Shown in pieces: positions 38,988 through 48,052 of a stretch of DNA of 64,000 nucleotides. Within the stretch, counting starts at the first letter, position 1. Each line of letters opens with the position of its first letter. The position numbers and the translations under genes are program-made. The stretch is taken from positions 68,165 to 132,164 of the forward strand of contig CAZEBS010000004.1 in NCBI GenBank assembly GCA_964510635.1. The letters run 5' to 3'. The DNA comes from an uncultured Candidatus Bathyarchaeia archaeon (lineage in GTDB: Archaea > Thermoproteota > Bathyarchaeia > Bathyarchaeales > Bathyarchaeaceae). The notes under the pieces are model-generated. The model ran no database searches and had not been told where the DNA came from. It saw nothing but the letters and a program-made list of their open reading frames with translations.

Positions 38988-39787
38988 TGATGGATTGGGG
39001 AATACAAAACCGATTAAACAGGCTCATACAGAAAGACGGAAAAGCCCTCTTTCTGCCCATAGACCACGGATACTTCCAGGGTCCAACCAGCAAACTGGAA
39101 AAACCCGGAGAAACAATAAAACCGCTGATTCCATACGCAGACGCCATAATGATGACAAGAGGCGTCCTCAGAAACTGCGTAGACCCAGCAATCGAAAAGC
39201 CCATAATTTTGAGGGTTTCTGGCGGCAACAGCGTGGTAGGAGACGACCTCTCCAATGAGGAGCAGATGACCTCGATTAATGAGATTCTTAGGCTTAACGC
39301 CAGCGCCGTGTCCATGTCAATCTATGTGGGCGGCAAATACGAACATCAGACTTTGAAGAGTTTTTCGCAGCTTGTTGACCAATGCGAAGACTACGGAATA
39401 CCCACCATGGCAGTAACCGCAGTAGGCAGAGAACTAGAAAAGCGCACAGCCAGATACTTAGGACTATGCTCCAGGATAGCAGCTGAGCTGGGCGCCAGAG
39501 TAGTAAAAACATACTACTGCGAAGAAGACTTCGACAAGGTCGTTAACGGCTGTCCTGTGCCCGTTGTGATTGCGGGAGGACCCAAAGTCGATACAGCCAT
39601 TGAGGTGTTTGAGTTCGTTTATGACGGACTACAGTGTGGAGCTATTGGCGTGAACCTTGGCAGAAATATTTGGCAACACCAGTATCCAGTAGCCATGATA
39701 CGGGCGATACGAGGAGTAATCCACGGCAACCTCAAGCCCAAAGAAGCACAACAACTATTTGAAGAAGTGAAAGCGGGAAAAGCCTAG
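38987..39787 (+). CDS. lsrF: LsrF-like DhnA-family thiolase/aldolase
   Basis: MDWG..NRL, DHGYFQGP, AAELGA..VKTYY, IAGGPK and GRNIWQ motifs. Confidence 0.88.
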   Translation: MMDWGIQNRLNRLIQKDGKALFLPIDHGYFQGPTSKLEKPGETIKPLIPYADAIMMTRGVLRNCVDPAIEKPIILRVSGGNSVVGDDLSNEEQMTSINEILRLNASAVSMSIYVGGKYEHQTLKSFSQLVDQCEDYGIPTMAVTAVGRELEKRTARYLGLCSRIAAELGARVVKTYYCEEDFDKVVNGCPVPVVIAGGPKVDTAIEVFEFVYDGLQCGAIGVNLGRNIWQHQYPVAMIRAIRGVIHGNLKPKEAQQLFEEVKAGKA

Positions 39788-39808
39788 CTTAACCCCCTTG
39801 GTGAACAG

Positions 39809-40837
39809 ATGCTCGTAGCAGTCTATTACAACAACAATGACGTGCGAGTAGAGGAAGTTCCTAAACCCGAGATTGGCTCAGACGAGTTTCTGCTGAAGGT
39901 TATGGCAAGCGGCATATGCGGAACCGACGTGGTGGAATGGTACAGGCTACCTAAAGCGCCTCGAGTATTGGGACACGAAGCCACAGGAATCATAGAAGAA
40001 GTGGGCAAAAACGTAACCAAATACAAGGTTGGAGACCGCGTCTTCGTCTCACATCATGTGCCATGCAACCAATGCTGCTACTGCCAAAAAGATTCCCACA
40101 CAGCCTGCGAAACCCTTCACACAACAAACTACTATCCAGGCGGCTTCTCCCAGTACATTCGTGTGCCGAAAATTAACGTGGAAACTGGAGTCTACAAGCT
40201 GCCCGCAAGCATGTCATATGAGGAAGGAACCTTCATTGAGCCCTTGGCATGTGTAGTCAGGGGACAAAGATTGGCGGACATCAACAAGTGCGACACGATT
40301 CTGGTAATTGGGAGCGGAATGGCTGGAATACTCCATATACAATTGTCGAAAATGAAGGGAGCCGAGAAAGTTTTTGCTGCTGACATAAACCCTGACCGTC
40401 TACGATTGGCTGAAAAGTTTGGGGCAGACCATGTGATAGATGCGAAGGGAGACCTGCCGCAGCAACTAAAAGAACTCAATCAGGGCAGAGGGGCAGACAA
40501 AGTGATAGTGTGCACTGGCGCAACTTCAGCAGCCTTGACTGCCCTAGACTGTGTTGACAGGGGAGGAACAATCCTCTTTTTTGCTGTTCCAGATCCTACA
40601 CTCAAGATTCCGATACCCATAACAGACTTCTGGAGAAACGAAACAACAATACGAACATCCTATGGCGCAGCCCCCAGAGACCTAGAGGAAGCCCTCAGAA
40701 TCTTAGTCCAAAAAAAAGTCAACGTGAAGGACATGATAACCCACAGACTAGACATCCGAAACGCAGCCGAAGGCTTCAGGCTGGTAGCAGAAGCAGGAAA
40801 ATCGTTGAAAGTAATAATTGAGCCAAACAGAAGTTAG
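39809..40837 (+). CDS. Zn-dependent medium-chain dehydrogenase (sorbitol/threonine dehydrogenase-like)
   Basis: GICGTD, GHE, structural-Zn Cys cluster, EPLAC and GSGMAG motifs. Confidence 0.9.
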   Translation: MLVAVYYNNNDVRVEEVPKPEIGSDEFLLKVMASGICGTDVVEWYRLPKAPRVLGHEATGIIEEVGKNVTKYKVGDRVFVSHHVPCNQCCYCQKDSHTACETLHTTNYYPGGFSQYIRVPKINVETGVYKLPASMSYEEGTFIEPLACVVRGQRLADINKCDTILVIGSGMAGILHIQLSKMKGAEKVFAADINPDRLRLAEKFGADHVIDAKGDLPQQLKELNQGRGADKVIVCTGATSAALTALDCVDRGGTILFFAVPDPTLKIPIPITDFWRNETTIRTSYGAAPRDLEEALRILVQKKVNVKDMITHRLDIRNAAEGFRLVAEAGKSLKVIIEPNRS

Positions 40838-40879
40838 GAGACCACAAGAAAAAGCTCACAGGCAAATGAATGTGATTAG

Positions 40880-41482
40880 ATGAAAGAAGGAAAAATCAGG
40901 TTCAACACCGTCTTCGTTTCTGACAGAATCCCACACGACGCCAAACTTGGGGAACTGAAAAAATGGAGCAAAACATTCCAAGAAAGTGGCTTAACCCCTG
41001 AGGTTCAAGGAAACTTCACTGGTAACCTAAGTTTCAGATCAAAAGACGGTTTCGTTATAACCGCATCTGGACTGAAGGATAAAGAAGCCTTGGAGGACGT
41101 CTGCTTTGTCTACGTTAAAGCCTACAATGAACAAGACAACACATTTTTTGTTGAAGGACAAACAAAACCCTCCTCAGAGTCGATAATGCATCACCTAATC
41201 TACAAAACATGCGAGGACGTGAACGCTGTTTTCCATGGACATAACGATGCCATCATAGCCCACGCCGAGAAACTGGGGTTATCCATAACAGAAAAGGAGT
41301 ATGAATCGGGCACAGTCGAGTTGGCGAGGGAGGTGCTGAAGGTTCTAGGAGACCGCAAGCTGATTGTTTTGAGGAATCATGGTTTTGTTTCTTTGGGCAA
41401 TACAATGAAGGAAGCTGGCGAACTGGCTTTGGCTACATTAAACCAGAGCAAAACAGCAAATGCAGCAACACCCAGCGACTAA
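40880..41482 (+). CDS. Class II aldolase/adducin-family protein
   Basis: GNLS, ITASG, PSSE..MH, HGH and NHG motifs. Confidence 0.88.
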   Translation: MKEGKIRFNTVFVSDRIPHDAKLGELKKWSKTFQESGLTPEVQGNFTGNLSFRSKDGFVITASGLKDKEALEDVCFVYVKAYNEQDNTFFVEGQTKPSSESIMHHLIYKTCEDVNAVFHGHNDAIIAHAEKLGLSITEKEYESGTVELAREVLKVLGDRKLIVLRNHGFVSLGNTMKEAGELALATLNQSKTANAATPSD

Positions 41483-41561
41483 TTGCTGATACATTATCGT
41501 GTAGAAAGGATTTTTAACGGCAAACATAGTTTAGGGACTTATTATTGTGGAGGCTAACCAG

Positions 41562-43187
41562 ATGGTCAAGTATATTTTTGTAACAGGCGGTGTGCTTTCC
41601 TCTGTCGGTAAAGGAATTGTTACTTCTTCCATAGGAAAAATGCTTCAGGTCAGAGGCTTCGACGTCACAGTCATAAAAGTTGATCCTTACGTGAACGTTG
41701 ACGCTGGGACTATGAATCCTTACATTCACGGAGAAGTTTTTGTTACAGAGGACGGAGGCGAAACAGACCTTGACCTCGGCGGGTACGAAAGATTTCTGAA
41801 CATTAACCTGCCAAAAGAAAACAATGTAACAACAGGACAAATCTACCAAACAGTAATCGACAGCGAACGGCGAGGAGACTTTCTCGGCAGATGCGTCCAA
41901 ATCATTCCCCACGTCACAAACGAGATTAAACGGCGCATCCGAAGCGTTTCAGAACAATCTAAGGCTGAAGTGGTCCTAACCGAGCTTGGGGGAACAGTAG
42001 GCGACATAGAAGGACTGCCTTTCTTAGAGGCAATCCGCCAGATGCAGCTAGAGGAAGGCTTCGACAACATACTCTATGTCCATCTTGCCCTTATTCCAAT
42101 CTTAGATGTCACAGGCGAAATGAAAACCAAGCCTCTCCAGCACAGTGTTAACGAGCTGAGGCGAATCGGTATCCAGCCAGACACCATCGTGGCAAGATGC
42201 AGAAGAATGATTGAGAGCGACATCCGTAGTAAGGTGGCGCTGTTTGGAACAATCCCTGAAGAAGCAGTCTTCTGCTCATATAATGTGCCATCCATCTACA
42301 AGGTTCCACTGATCTTGGATGAGCAGGGCATGGGAGATTACGTTTGCAAACGGTTGGGGCTACCACAAAAGAAGCCCAAGTGGAGCGAATGGAAAAAGTT
42401 TGTAGATTCCTTTGAAAATCGCAAGCATGAAGTTAAGATAGCCCTGATCGGCAAATACGCGGGCTTAGTTGACAGCTACGTCAGCATGAATGAAGCCTTC
42501 AGACACGCTGGTGCAGCCTGCCAGACAAAAGTTCAGATAAACTACATTGAGGCAGAGAACCTGGAAAACAACCCAGACGGAGTGAAGGCTCTTGAGGGGC
42601 TTGATGGAATCTTTATTCCGTATGGTTTTGGTCCACGTGGCACAGAGGGAAAGATTAGGGGCATCCAGTTTGCCCGCGAAAACAACATTCCGTTTCTGGG
42701 CGTCTGCTATGGGTTCCAGTTGGCAGTTGTCGAGTTCGCCCGTCACGTTTGTGGATTGGATGGAGCAAACAGCACTGAAATTAATCCAGAAACGCCTCAT
42801 CCAGTGATTGATTTGATGCCTGAACAGAGGCACGTGAACAACAAGGGGGGCACTATGCGTTTAGGTGCCCACGAAGTGCTGGTACATAAGGGCACGATGG
42901 CTTACACCCTTTATGGCGTTGAAAGGATTTTTGAGCGTCACCGACACCGATGGGAAGTTAATCTAGACTACTGGGACACTCTGGAGAAGAAGGGGATGGT
43001 TTTCTCAGGCAACAGCCCAGACGGCAGACGAAAGGAGATCCTTGAACTTCCGGACAGATTCTTCTTCTTTGCCTCCCAGTTCCACGGCGAATTCAAAAGC
43101 CGACCCACTAGACCAGAACCAGAATACTACGGCTTCATCAAAGCATGTTTAGACAAGAAGCTTGGAAAAACAAAACCAGAATTCTAA
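41562..43187 (+). CDS. pyrG: CTP synthase
   Basis: KYIFVTGGV, DAGTMNP, KTKPLQHSV, GVCYG and HRHRWE motifs. ORF opens at 41547. Confidence 0.97.
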   Translation: MVKYIFVTGGVLSSVGKGIVTSSIGKMLQVRGFDVTVIKVDPYVNVDAGTMNPYIHGEVFVTEDGGETDLDLGGYERFLNINLPKENNVTTGQIYQTVIDSERRGDFLGRCVQIIPHVTNEIKRRIRSVSEQSKAEVVLTELGGTVGDIEGLPFLEAIRQMQLEEGFDNILYVHLALIPILDVTGEMKTKPLQHSVNELRRIGIQPDTIVARCRRMIESDIRSKVALFGTIPEEAVFCSYNVPSIYKVPLILDEQGMGDYVCKRLGLPQKKPKWSEWKKFVDSFENRKHEVKIALIGKYAGLVDSYVSMNEAFRHAGAACQTKVQINYIEAENLENNPDGVKALEGLDGIFIPYGFGPRGTEGKIRGIQFARENNIPFLGVCYGFQLAVVEFARHVCGLDGANSTEINPETPHPVIDLMPEQRHVNNKGGTMRLGAHEVLVHKGTMAYTLYGVERIFERHRHRWEVNLDYWDTLEKKGMVFSGNSPDGRRKEILELPDRFFFFASQFHGEFKSRPTRPEPEYYGFIKACLDKKLGKTKPEF

Positions 43188-43268
43188 GAATCAAGCGAAT
43201 TGTTCTGGTTGATGAAATCGGGTAAAAGATAATATGCAGAAGCATCTATTTGCTCGTATCTACGATGG

Positions 43269-44339
43269 ATGCGGAAGCTGATGGTTACTGAAAAGGGGTT
43301 TTCCCTGAAGAGAACAGTGCCTTTTCTGCTGCTAGGTATACTGATTTTTGTTGCCTACCTCTACTTCTTCGTCGGCATCCCCGAAATGGTCGCCATAATT
43401 AAGGGCGTCAACCTCGTTTACTACGGCATGGCAGCAGCGGTTCTTGTATTAAACATGTTCACTACTGCTCTGACATGGCAATGTTTTCTCCGTCTACTCT
43501 CAATCAAAGTTCCCTTCCGAAAAACGGTCATCTATACATGGGTAGGAGTGTTTGTTGACCTGCTGGTGCCTGCAGAGTCCATTAGCGGAGATGCCACAAA
43601 AGTTTACGTCATGACCAAGGGCTCAGGCGAAAACGCAGGAAAGGTTGTGGCTTCGGTTTTAGGTCACAGAATTTTATCCATGATAATCCCGTTAGGCAGT
43701 CTAATCTTCAGTTTCGTGCTGCTTTATGCAAGAAAAATTGAAGTTCCTGTTAGCGTTTCAGCTCTGACTGTAATCATAATTGTTGGCACAACTATCTCGC
43801 TGTTTTTCATATTTCTCTTGAGTTCAAACGAGAAGCTGGCACAGAGATTAATCGGCGCTGTGTTGCGTTTTTTGGGTTTTGTTACTAGGGGACGATTGAA
43901 TGTTGAAGGCATAAAGACGAAGGCAATGATGGCATTAAGTGCTTTTCACGACTCAATTGACACGTTCGGTAAGAATCCTAAAGGTTTAGTTCCGCCAATC
44001 CTTTTTTCGCTGGTTGGCTGGTTCCTCAGCATACTCCTGTCTTACCTTGTTTTTGTTTCTCTTGGTCAGCAGGTTGACTTGGCAGTAATCATGGTTGTTC
44101 AATCTGTCAGCGTAACTGTTCAGTCCATTCCTCTTGGAATACCAGCAGAAGTGGGTGTTGTGGACACAGCAATGACTTGGCTCTATGGTCTCCTTGCAGT
44201 AGAATTCACTGTTGGCGCAGCGGCAACAGTTCTTATACAGATTCTGCGGGTTTGGCTCAGAATCGTTATAGGCTTTGTAGCGGTTCAGTTTGTTGGAATA
44301 AAGAGCATTGCACAAGAGTTGCGGCAAGACCTCTTCTGA
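43269..44339 (+). CDS. UPF0104/flippase-like membrane protein (LPG synthase TM family)
   Basis: Multi-TM; P..SISGD and IP.GIPAEVG motifs. Confidence 0.8.
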   Translation: MRKLMVTEKGFSLKRTVPFLLLGILIFVAYLYFFVGIPEMVAIIKGVNLVYYGMAAAVLVLNMFTTALTWQCFLRLLSIKVPFRKTVIYTWVGVFVDLLVPAESISGDATKVYVMTKGSGENAGKVVASVLGHRILSMIIPLGSLIFSFVLLYARKIEVPVSVSALTVIIIVGTTISLFFIFLLSSNEKLAQRLIGAVLRFLGFVTRGRLNVEGIKTKAMMALSAFHDSIDTFGKNPKGLVPPILFSLVGWFLSILLSYLVFVSLGQQVDLAVIMVVQSVSVTVQSIPLGIPAEVGVVDTAMTWLYGLLAVEFTVGAAATVLIQILRVWLRIVIGFVAVQFVGIKSIAQELRQDLF

Positions 44340-44344
44340 ATAGA

Positions 44345-45364
44345 CTAAGTTTTAGCTGGTTTGGCGAGTGCCTTCCAGAGGTGATCGCTGACTGGTCTGA
44401 CAAGCTCAGTTTTTTCTCCAGATTCTGTAACCAAGATTCTTCCAGATGAAGGCTCCGTCACTTCACCTATTATCGAAGCTTGAACACGGTTTCTTGACAA
44501 ACTGCCGATTATCTCATCCGCCCTCTCTTCATCCGCCACAACAAGAAGAGAACCAGAGCTAATGAGCCGAAGAGGGTCAATCCTAAAGTGGGCACAGATT
44601 TTACGTGTCTCTTCAGGAACCAGAATCTTTTCTACGTAAACTTGGAAGCCAACCTTTGCGGCGTCAGCCAACTCATGCAAGCCCCCTGCCACTCCACCCT
44701 CAGTAGGGTCATGCATGGCTGAGACTCCTCCAGTGTTGAAGGCTGTGATGGCGTCTTTTACTACACTGATTTTTTTGAAGAAATTCTCCGCGTTGTCAAC
44801 GAAACTTTCATCAAAGACTTTCAGCAGCTCTGCCCGTCGGTCTGAAGCCAGTATTGCTGTTCCTTCTATTCCTGTTCCCTTTGTCAGTATGATTTTGTCT
44901 CCAATTTTTGCGCCGCCTGAACTCACATACTTTCCGTCCTCAGCAACGCCTATGGCGCATCCAGTTACTATGGGATGGTCTATTCCTGGAGTGACTTCAC
45001 AGTGTCCTCCTATGATGGCAACATTCAGTTGTCGTGCAGCCTTGTCCATTTGAGTGCAAATCTTCTCAATGAGGTCAGTTGTAGAATTTTTTGGCAACAA
45101 TATTATGGAGTTGAACCAGCAGGGCTGAACTCCGCGGGTCGCAACATCGTTTGCGCTTACATGGACGGCTAACCATCCCAGCCATTTTTCGGCTCCAGTA
45201 ATCGGGTCTGATGACACCGCCAAAACCTTGTTTCCTGCTTGCACTATGGCCGCGTCTTCGCCTATGGAGGGGCTGAGGACAACGTCGTCTCTTTTGGCGC
45301 CCAAGTTTCTGAAAACTATCTTCTCCAAAATTTCGGTTGGAACCTTTCCTGGCAAGAAACTCAT
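44345..45364 (-). CDS. AIR-synthase/HypE-like ATP-binding protein
   Basis: GKVP, GEDAA, DPITGA, ANDVA, GGHCE and MHDPTEGG motifs. ORF opens at 45376. Confidence 0.85.
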   Translation of the reverse strand: MSFLPGKVPTEILEKIVFRNLGAKRDDVVLSPSIGEDAAIVQAGNKVLAVSSDPITGAEKWLGWLAVHVSANDVATRGVQPCWFNSIILLPKNSTTDLIEKICTQMDKAARQLNVAIIGGHCEVTPGIDHPIVTGCAIGVAEDGKYVSSGGAKIGDKIILTKGTGIEGTAILASDRRAELLKVFDESFVDNAENFFKKISVVKDAITAFNTGGVSAMHDPTEGGVAGGLHELADAAKVGFQVYVEKILVPEETRKICAHFRIDPLRLISSGSLLVVADEERADEIIGSLSRNRVQASIIGEVTEPSSGRILVTESGEKTELVRPVSDHLWKALAKPAKT

Positions 45365-45440
45365 ACACATCCCCACACATGCTATACTCTAGAGGCACAT
45401 AAAAAAGTGTTAACATTAAAGGCTGATGCGTTTCTTTGAC

Positions 45441-45950
45441 TTAGCGTTTTATGTTCACGAACTTGTAGGCTATTGGACTGTAAATTCCTGCAACAATAAG
45501 CAGGATGGTTCCCAGCACCATTATCCCTCGAGCTACGTCATTGGATATCCATTGTACCAGAAACCTGAGAAAATCGGGCAGCACATCTGAAAAATAGGCA
45601 AATTCGAAAGGAAAGGTTACTAGGAGCCAAACAAGGCTGAGGGTGAGGAAAATTAGTCCGAAAAAGACGTCAAAGAGACGAGAAAGGAGCCTTTGACCAA
45701 ATATTCCATCCAAGCTACCTGTAATAATCCAAGCAGCTAGAGACCCATAAAGCAGGAACATCTCCAGCGCTCCAAATTTTGGAGTGAAAAAGCCTGTTGA
45801 CCCCAACTGATGAGAAACAAAATACAGTATCAGCAAAATGCAGGCAACAACTAGAGCGATGCCCGTGAAACGATCGCTGTTTGAGACACCTTTATTCGCC
45901 TCAGCCTTTGCTCTAGCGAACCAGCTCTCCTGAGATTCTGTCTGATTCAA
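45441..45950 (-). CDS. Hypothetical 4-TM membrane protein
   Basis: Four hydrophobic segments; 7 bp downstream of the flavodoxin gene. Confidence 0.65.
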   Translation of the reverse strand: MNQTESQESWFARAKAEANKGVSNSDRFTGIALVVACILLILYFVSHQLGSTGFFTPKFGALEMFLLYGSLAAWIITGSLDGIFGQRLLSRLFDVFFGLIFLTLSLVWLLVTFPFEFAYFSDVLPDFLRFLVQWISNDVARGIMVLGTILLIVAGIYSPIAYKFVNIKR

Positions 45951-45957
45951 ACCGATT

Positions 45958-46428
45958 TCATCCTTGTAGGTTCTGTTTCAGGTTCTTAGCAAACTCTTCC
46001 GCCTTTTTGAGGTCTTTGGCGTTAGGTCTGCCCCGGTTCATTCCGCCAAAATATTTCATGAAACTGTTTGTGTTGAAGCCTTTACATTGAAACTCGTCAA
46101 CTATCACGTAGCCCTTGGATTCCAGCTTGTCCCTAAGACAGGAGTGGTCTTTGCCCCGCTTCTTGTTACTTGATAAGCCGGCGGTTGAAAAAATGAAGAC
46201 CTTCTTGCTGTCCACATCTGGCAGTTTGTCAGCGAAATCGAGCAAGGGTTTGTAGTGTTTTGCACTGTCTATCCCTGCCCCAAAACCCACCAGATCATAT
46301 TCTTGAGGCTCTTTAGGGTCAGTTTGCTGAGGAGTCTTGATTGGTGCATCAAGAACTTGTGCGAAGACCTTGGCGACTTGCTCAGTATTCATGTGATGAT
46401 ACGAATACACCACTAACAAAGACTTCAT
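45958..46428 (-). CDS. Flavodoxin-family protein
   Basis: YSYHHMNT, FSTAG and GRPN..D...A motifs. Confidence 0.88.
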   Translation of the reverse strand: MKSLLVVYSYHHMNTEQVAKVFAQVLDAPIKTPQQTDPKEPQEYDLVGFGAGIDSAKHYKPLLDFADKLPDVDSKKVFIFSTAGLSSNKKRGKDHSCLRDKLESKGYVIVDEFQCKGFNTNSFMKYFGGMNRGRPNAKDLKKAEEFAKNLKQNLQG

Positions 46429-46566
46429 CTACAATCTCCCCATCTTTTATCCTGCTCTACAGTTATAACTACTTTCTCTTCCAGCATCCCAAGTAATTCT
46501 ATGCTTTTTTCATGGAATCAACATCCGTTTTTATTAGTAAATATGGCACAAGTTCTTAATGTATAA

Positions 46567-46866
46567 ATGAAGGAGGCGATGTTAATGAAGAAGAAAACGA
46601 TTCTAACTTTAGTATTCATTGCTGTTTTGACCGTCATAACAGTCCTAGCAACAACATGGGGCAACAGATTTGATTGGCCAGATAACGTTCACGTAGACTA
46701 TGGCTTTCCCTTTGTTTGGGCAACACAAACTCTGAGCACAATAGCAGGAGCAGCAAACATCTGGGCAGTAGACATTGCAGCACTAACAATGAATTTGGCT
46801 CTTTGGCTAGGAATCTTGTTTGTCGGTTCAGTAGTGTTAATGCTCTTAAACAAAGAAAAAGGCTAA
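46567..46866 (+). CDS. Small two-TM membrane protein
   Basis: Two TM helices around YGFPF.W; probable ATG at 46579 or 46585. Confidence 0.65.
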   Translation: MKEAMLMKKKTILTLVFIAVLTVITVLATTWGNRFDWPDNVHVDYGFPFVWATQTLSTIAGAANIWAVDIAALTMNLALWLGILFVGSVVLMLLNKEKG

Positions 46867-46962
46867 TCTCCCCATCTTTTCTTTTTTGGAAAGGGAAAAA
46901 GTAAGAACCATACACCAAGATTGATTTTAGGGCGTGTTTGAAGTGTCTAATCTTGGTTACAT

Positions 46963-47037
46963 TGGTAGCCCGGGGGAGATTCGAACTCCCGTCGAAGGCT
47001 CCAAAGGCCTCCATGATTGCCGCTACACCACCGGGCT
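46963..47037 (-). tRNA. tRNA-Gln(UUG), intron-less, CCA encoded
   Basis: Reverse complement AGCCCGGTGGTGTAGCGGCAATCATGGAGGCC-TTTGGA-GCCTTCGACGGGAGTTCGAATCTCCCCCGGGCTACCA folds as a cloverleaf; anticodon TTG. Confidence 0.95.
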
Positions 47038-47233
47038 AAACGGGCTTATCTAACCATCGTTCTCTGGTATAATTTGCTCTCTAATATTAACCTTAACGCT
47101 AAAAACGCGATTATCCGAAAAAGCAACCTACCGCAAATCGCATGTTTCTTCTCTGTTACTCAGCAGAGAGGAACTTTAGTTCACATTGACGCGATAAAAG
47201 TTATGAAAAAAGGATTTGGAAAAGAAATTCCGT

Positions 47234-47485
47234 TTATTCGGTTTCGCTTGTTTCTTCTGCGGCTCCAACAGCCTCTGCTTCTGCAAATTTTCTGCCGATG
47301 TTAGTTATCTTGATTCGCAGTTTGTCCCCAGGTTTACTGTTAGGAACAAAGACCACAAGTCCTTCGATTCTTGTTATTCCTTCTCCTCGGCGGCTAGTCT
47401 CCTCAATTTCTACATCGTACTCTTTTCCAAGTTCAACTGGTTTTGGAGGGAAGCTTCTGTCAAATCCGTCTCTTTCGTATGGCAT
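47234..47485 (-). CDS. TRAM-domain RNA-binding protein
   Basis: PKPVELG.EYDVEI, GEGI.RIEGLVVFVP and KFAEA motifs. Confidence 0.9.
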   Translation of the reverse strand: MPYERDGFDRSFPPKPVELGKEYDVEIEETSRRGEGITRIEGLVVFVPNSKPGDKLRIKITNIGRKFAEAEAVGAAEETSETE

Positions 47486-47524
47486 CCTGATTCACCAAAT
47501 TAATCAAATGTAGAAAAAGTGTGC

Positions 47525-47815
47525 CTAAAGGACATTTAATGTCCCATATTTTCCTGAGTTAAGCTGAAGCTCTCCTCTGAAGGATTTGATGTAACCATTC
47601 TCGATTCTGACGCGGTCACCGACATTGACTTGCTCAGTCTGCTCATTCCACAGAGTCAAAGTTATGGTACCTGTTTCATCCTCGATTGTAGCATCAGCAA
47701 CCCTGTAGCTTTCGTTAGTGTATTTTGAACGAACTTCGCGGGTTTCTGATTTCTGAATCACGTTTGCCTCAATGTCAACCCTTCGGGCTCCATCTCTTAA
47801 TTCATTAATTTTCAA
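47525..47815 (-). CDS. ssb: Single-OB-fold ssDNA-binding protein (crenarchaeal-type SSB)
   Basis: KINEL, DETGTI.LTLW, IENGY...FRGELQLN.GKYG motifs. Confidence 0.88.
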   Translation of the reverse strand: MKINELRDGARRVDIEANVIQKSETREVRSKYTNESYRVADATIEDETGTITLTLWNEQTEQVNVGDRVRIENGYIKSFRGELQLNSGKYGTLNVL

Positions 47816-48052
47816 ATATCTCTTCCTCCGTTCTATCCAACGCCACCAAAATGAACCAGCCTGCCATCAGAACGACTTTACGCTTGCTCCTTCTTGTTGG
47901 CGAAATGAAGGAGTAATAACGTCGAATATAAGTTTTGCCACCTAACATAAAAGAACATCTCTAGAGCATAGAAACGCATCTTCAGCCTGCCAAAACCGAA
48001 ACATTCTCCAATTTCTGGTCTAGCAAGCAAAGGCTGGAAGCTATCACCCGTT

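Noticed and set aside
44488-44503. GGTTTCTTGACAAACT resembling the GTCAA/TTGAC box
   Set aside because: Half-site only, inside a CDS, with no partner box.
45441-46962. Integrated element at the tRNA-Gln 3' end
   Set aside because: No integrase and no duplicated tRNA 3' fragment were seen in the window.
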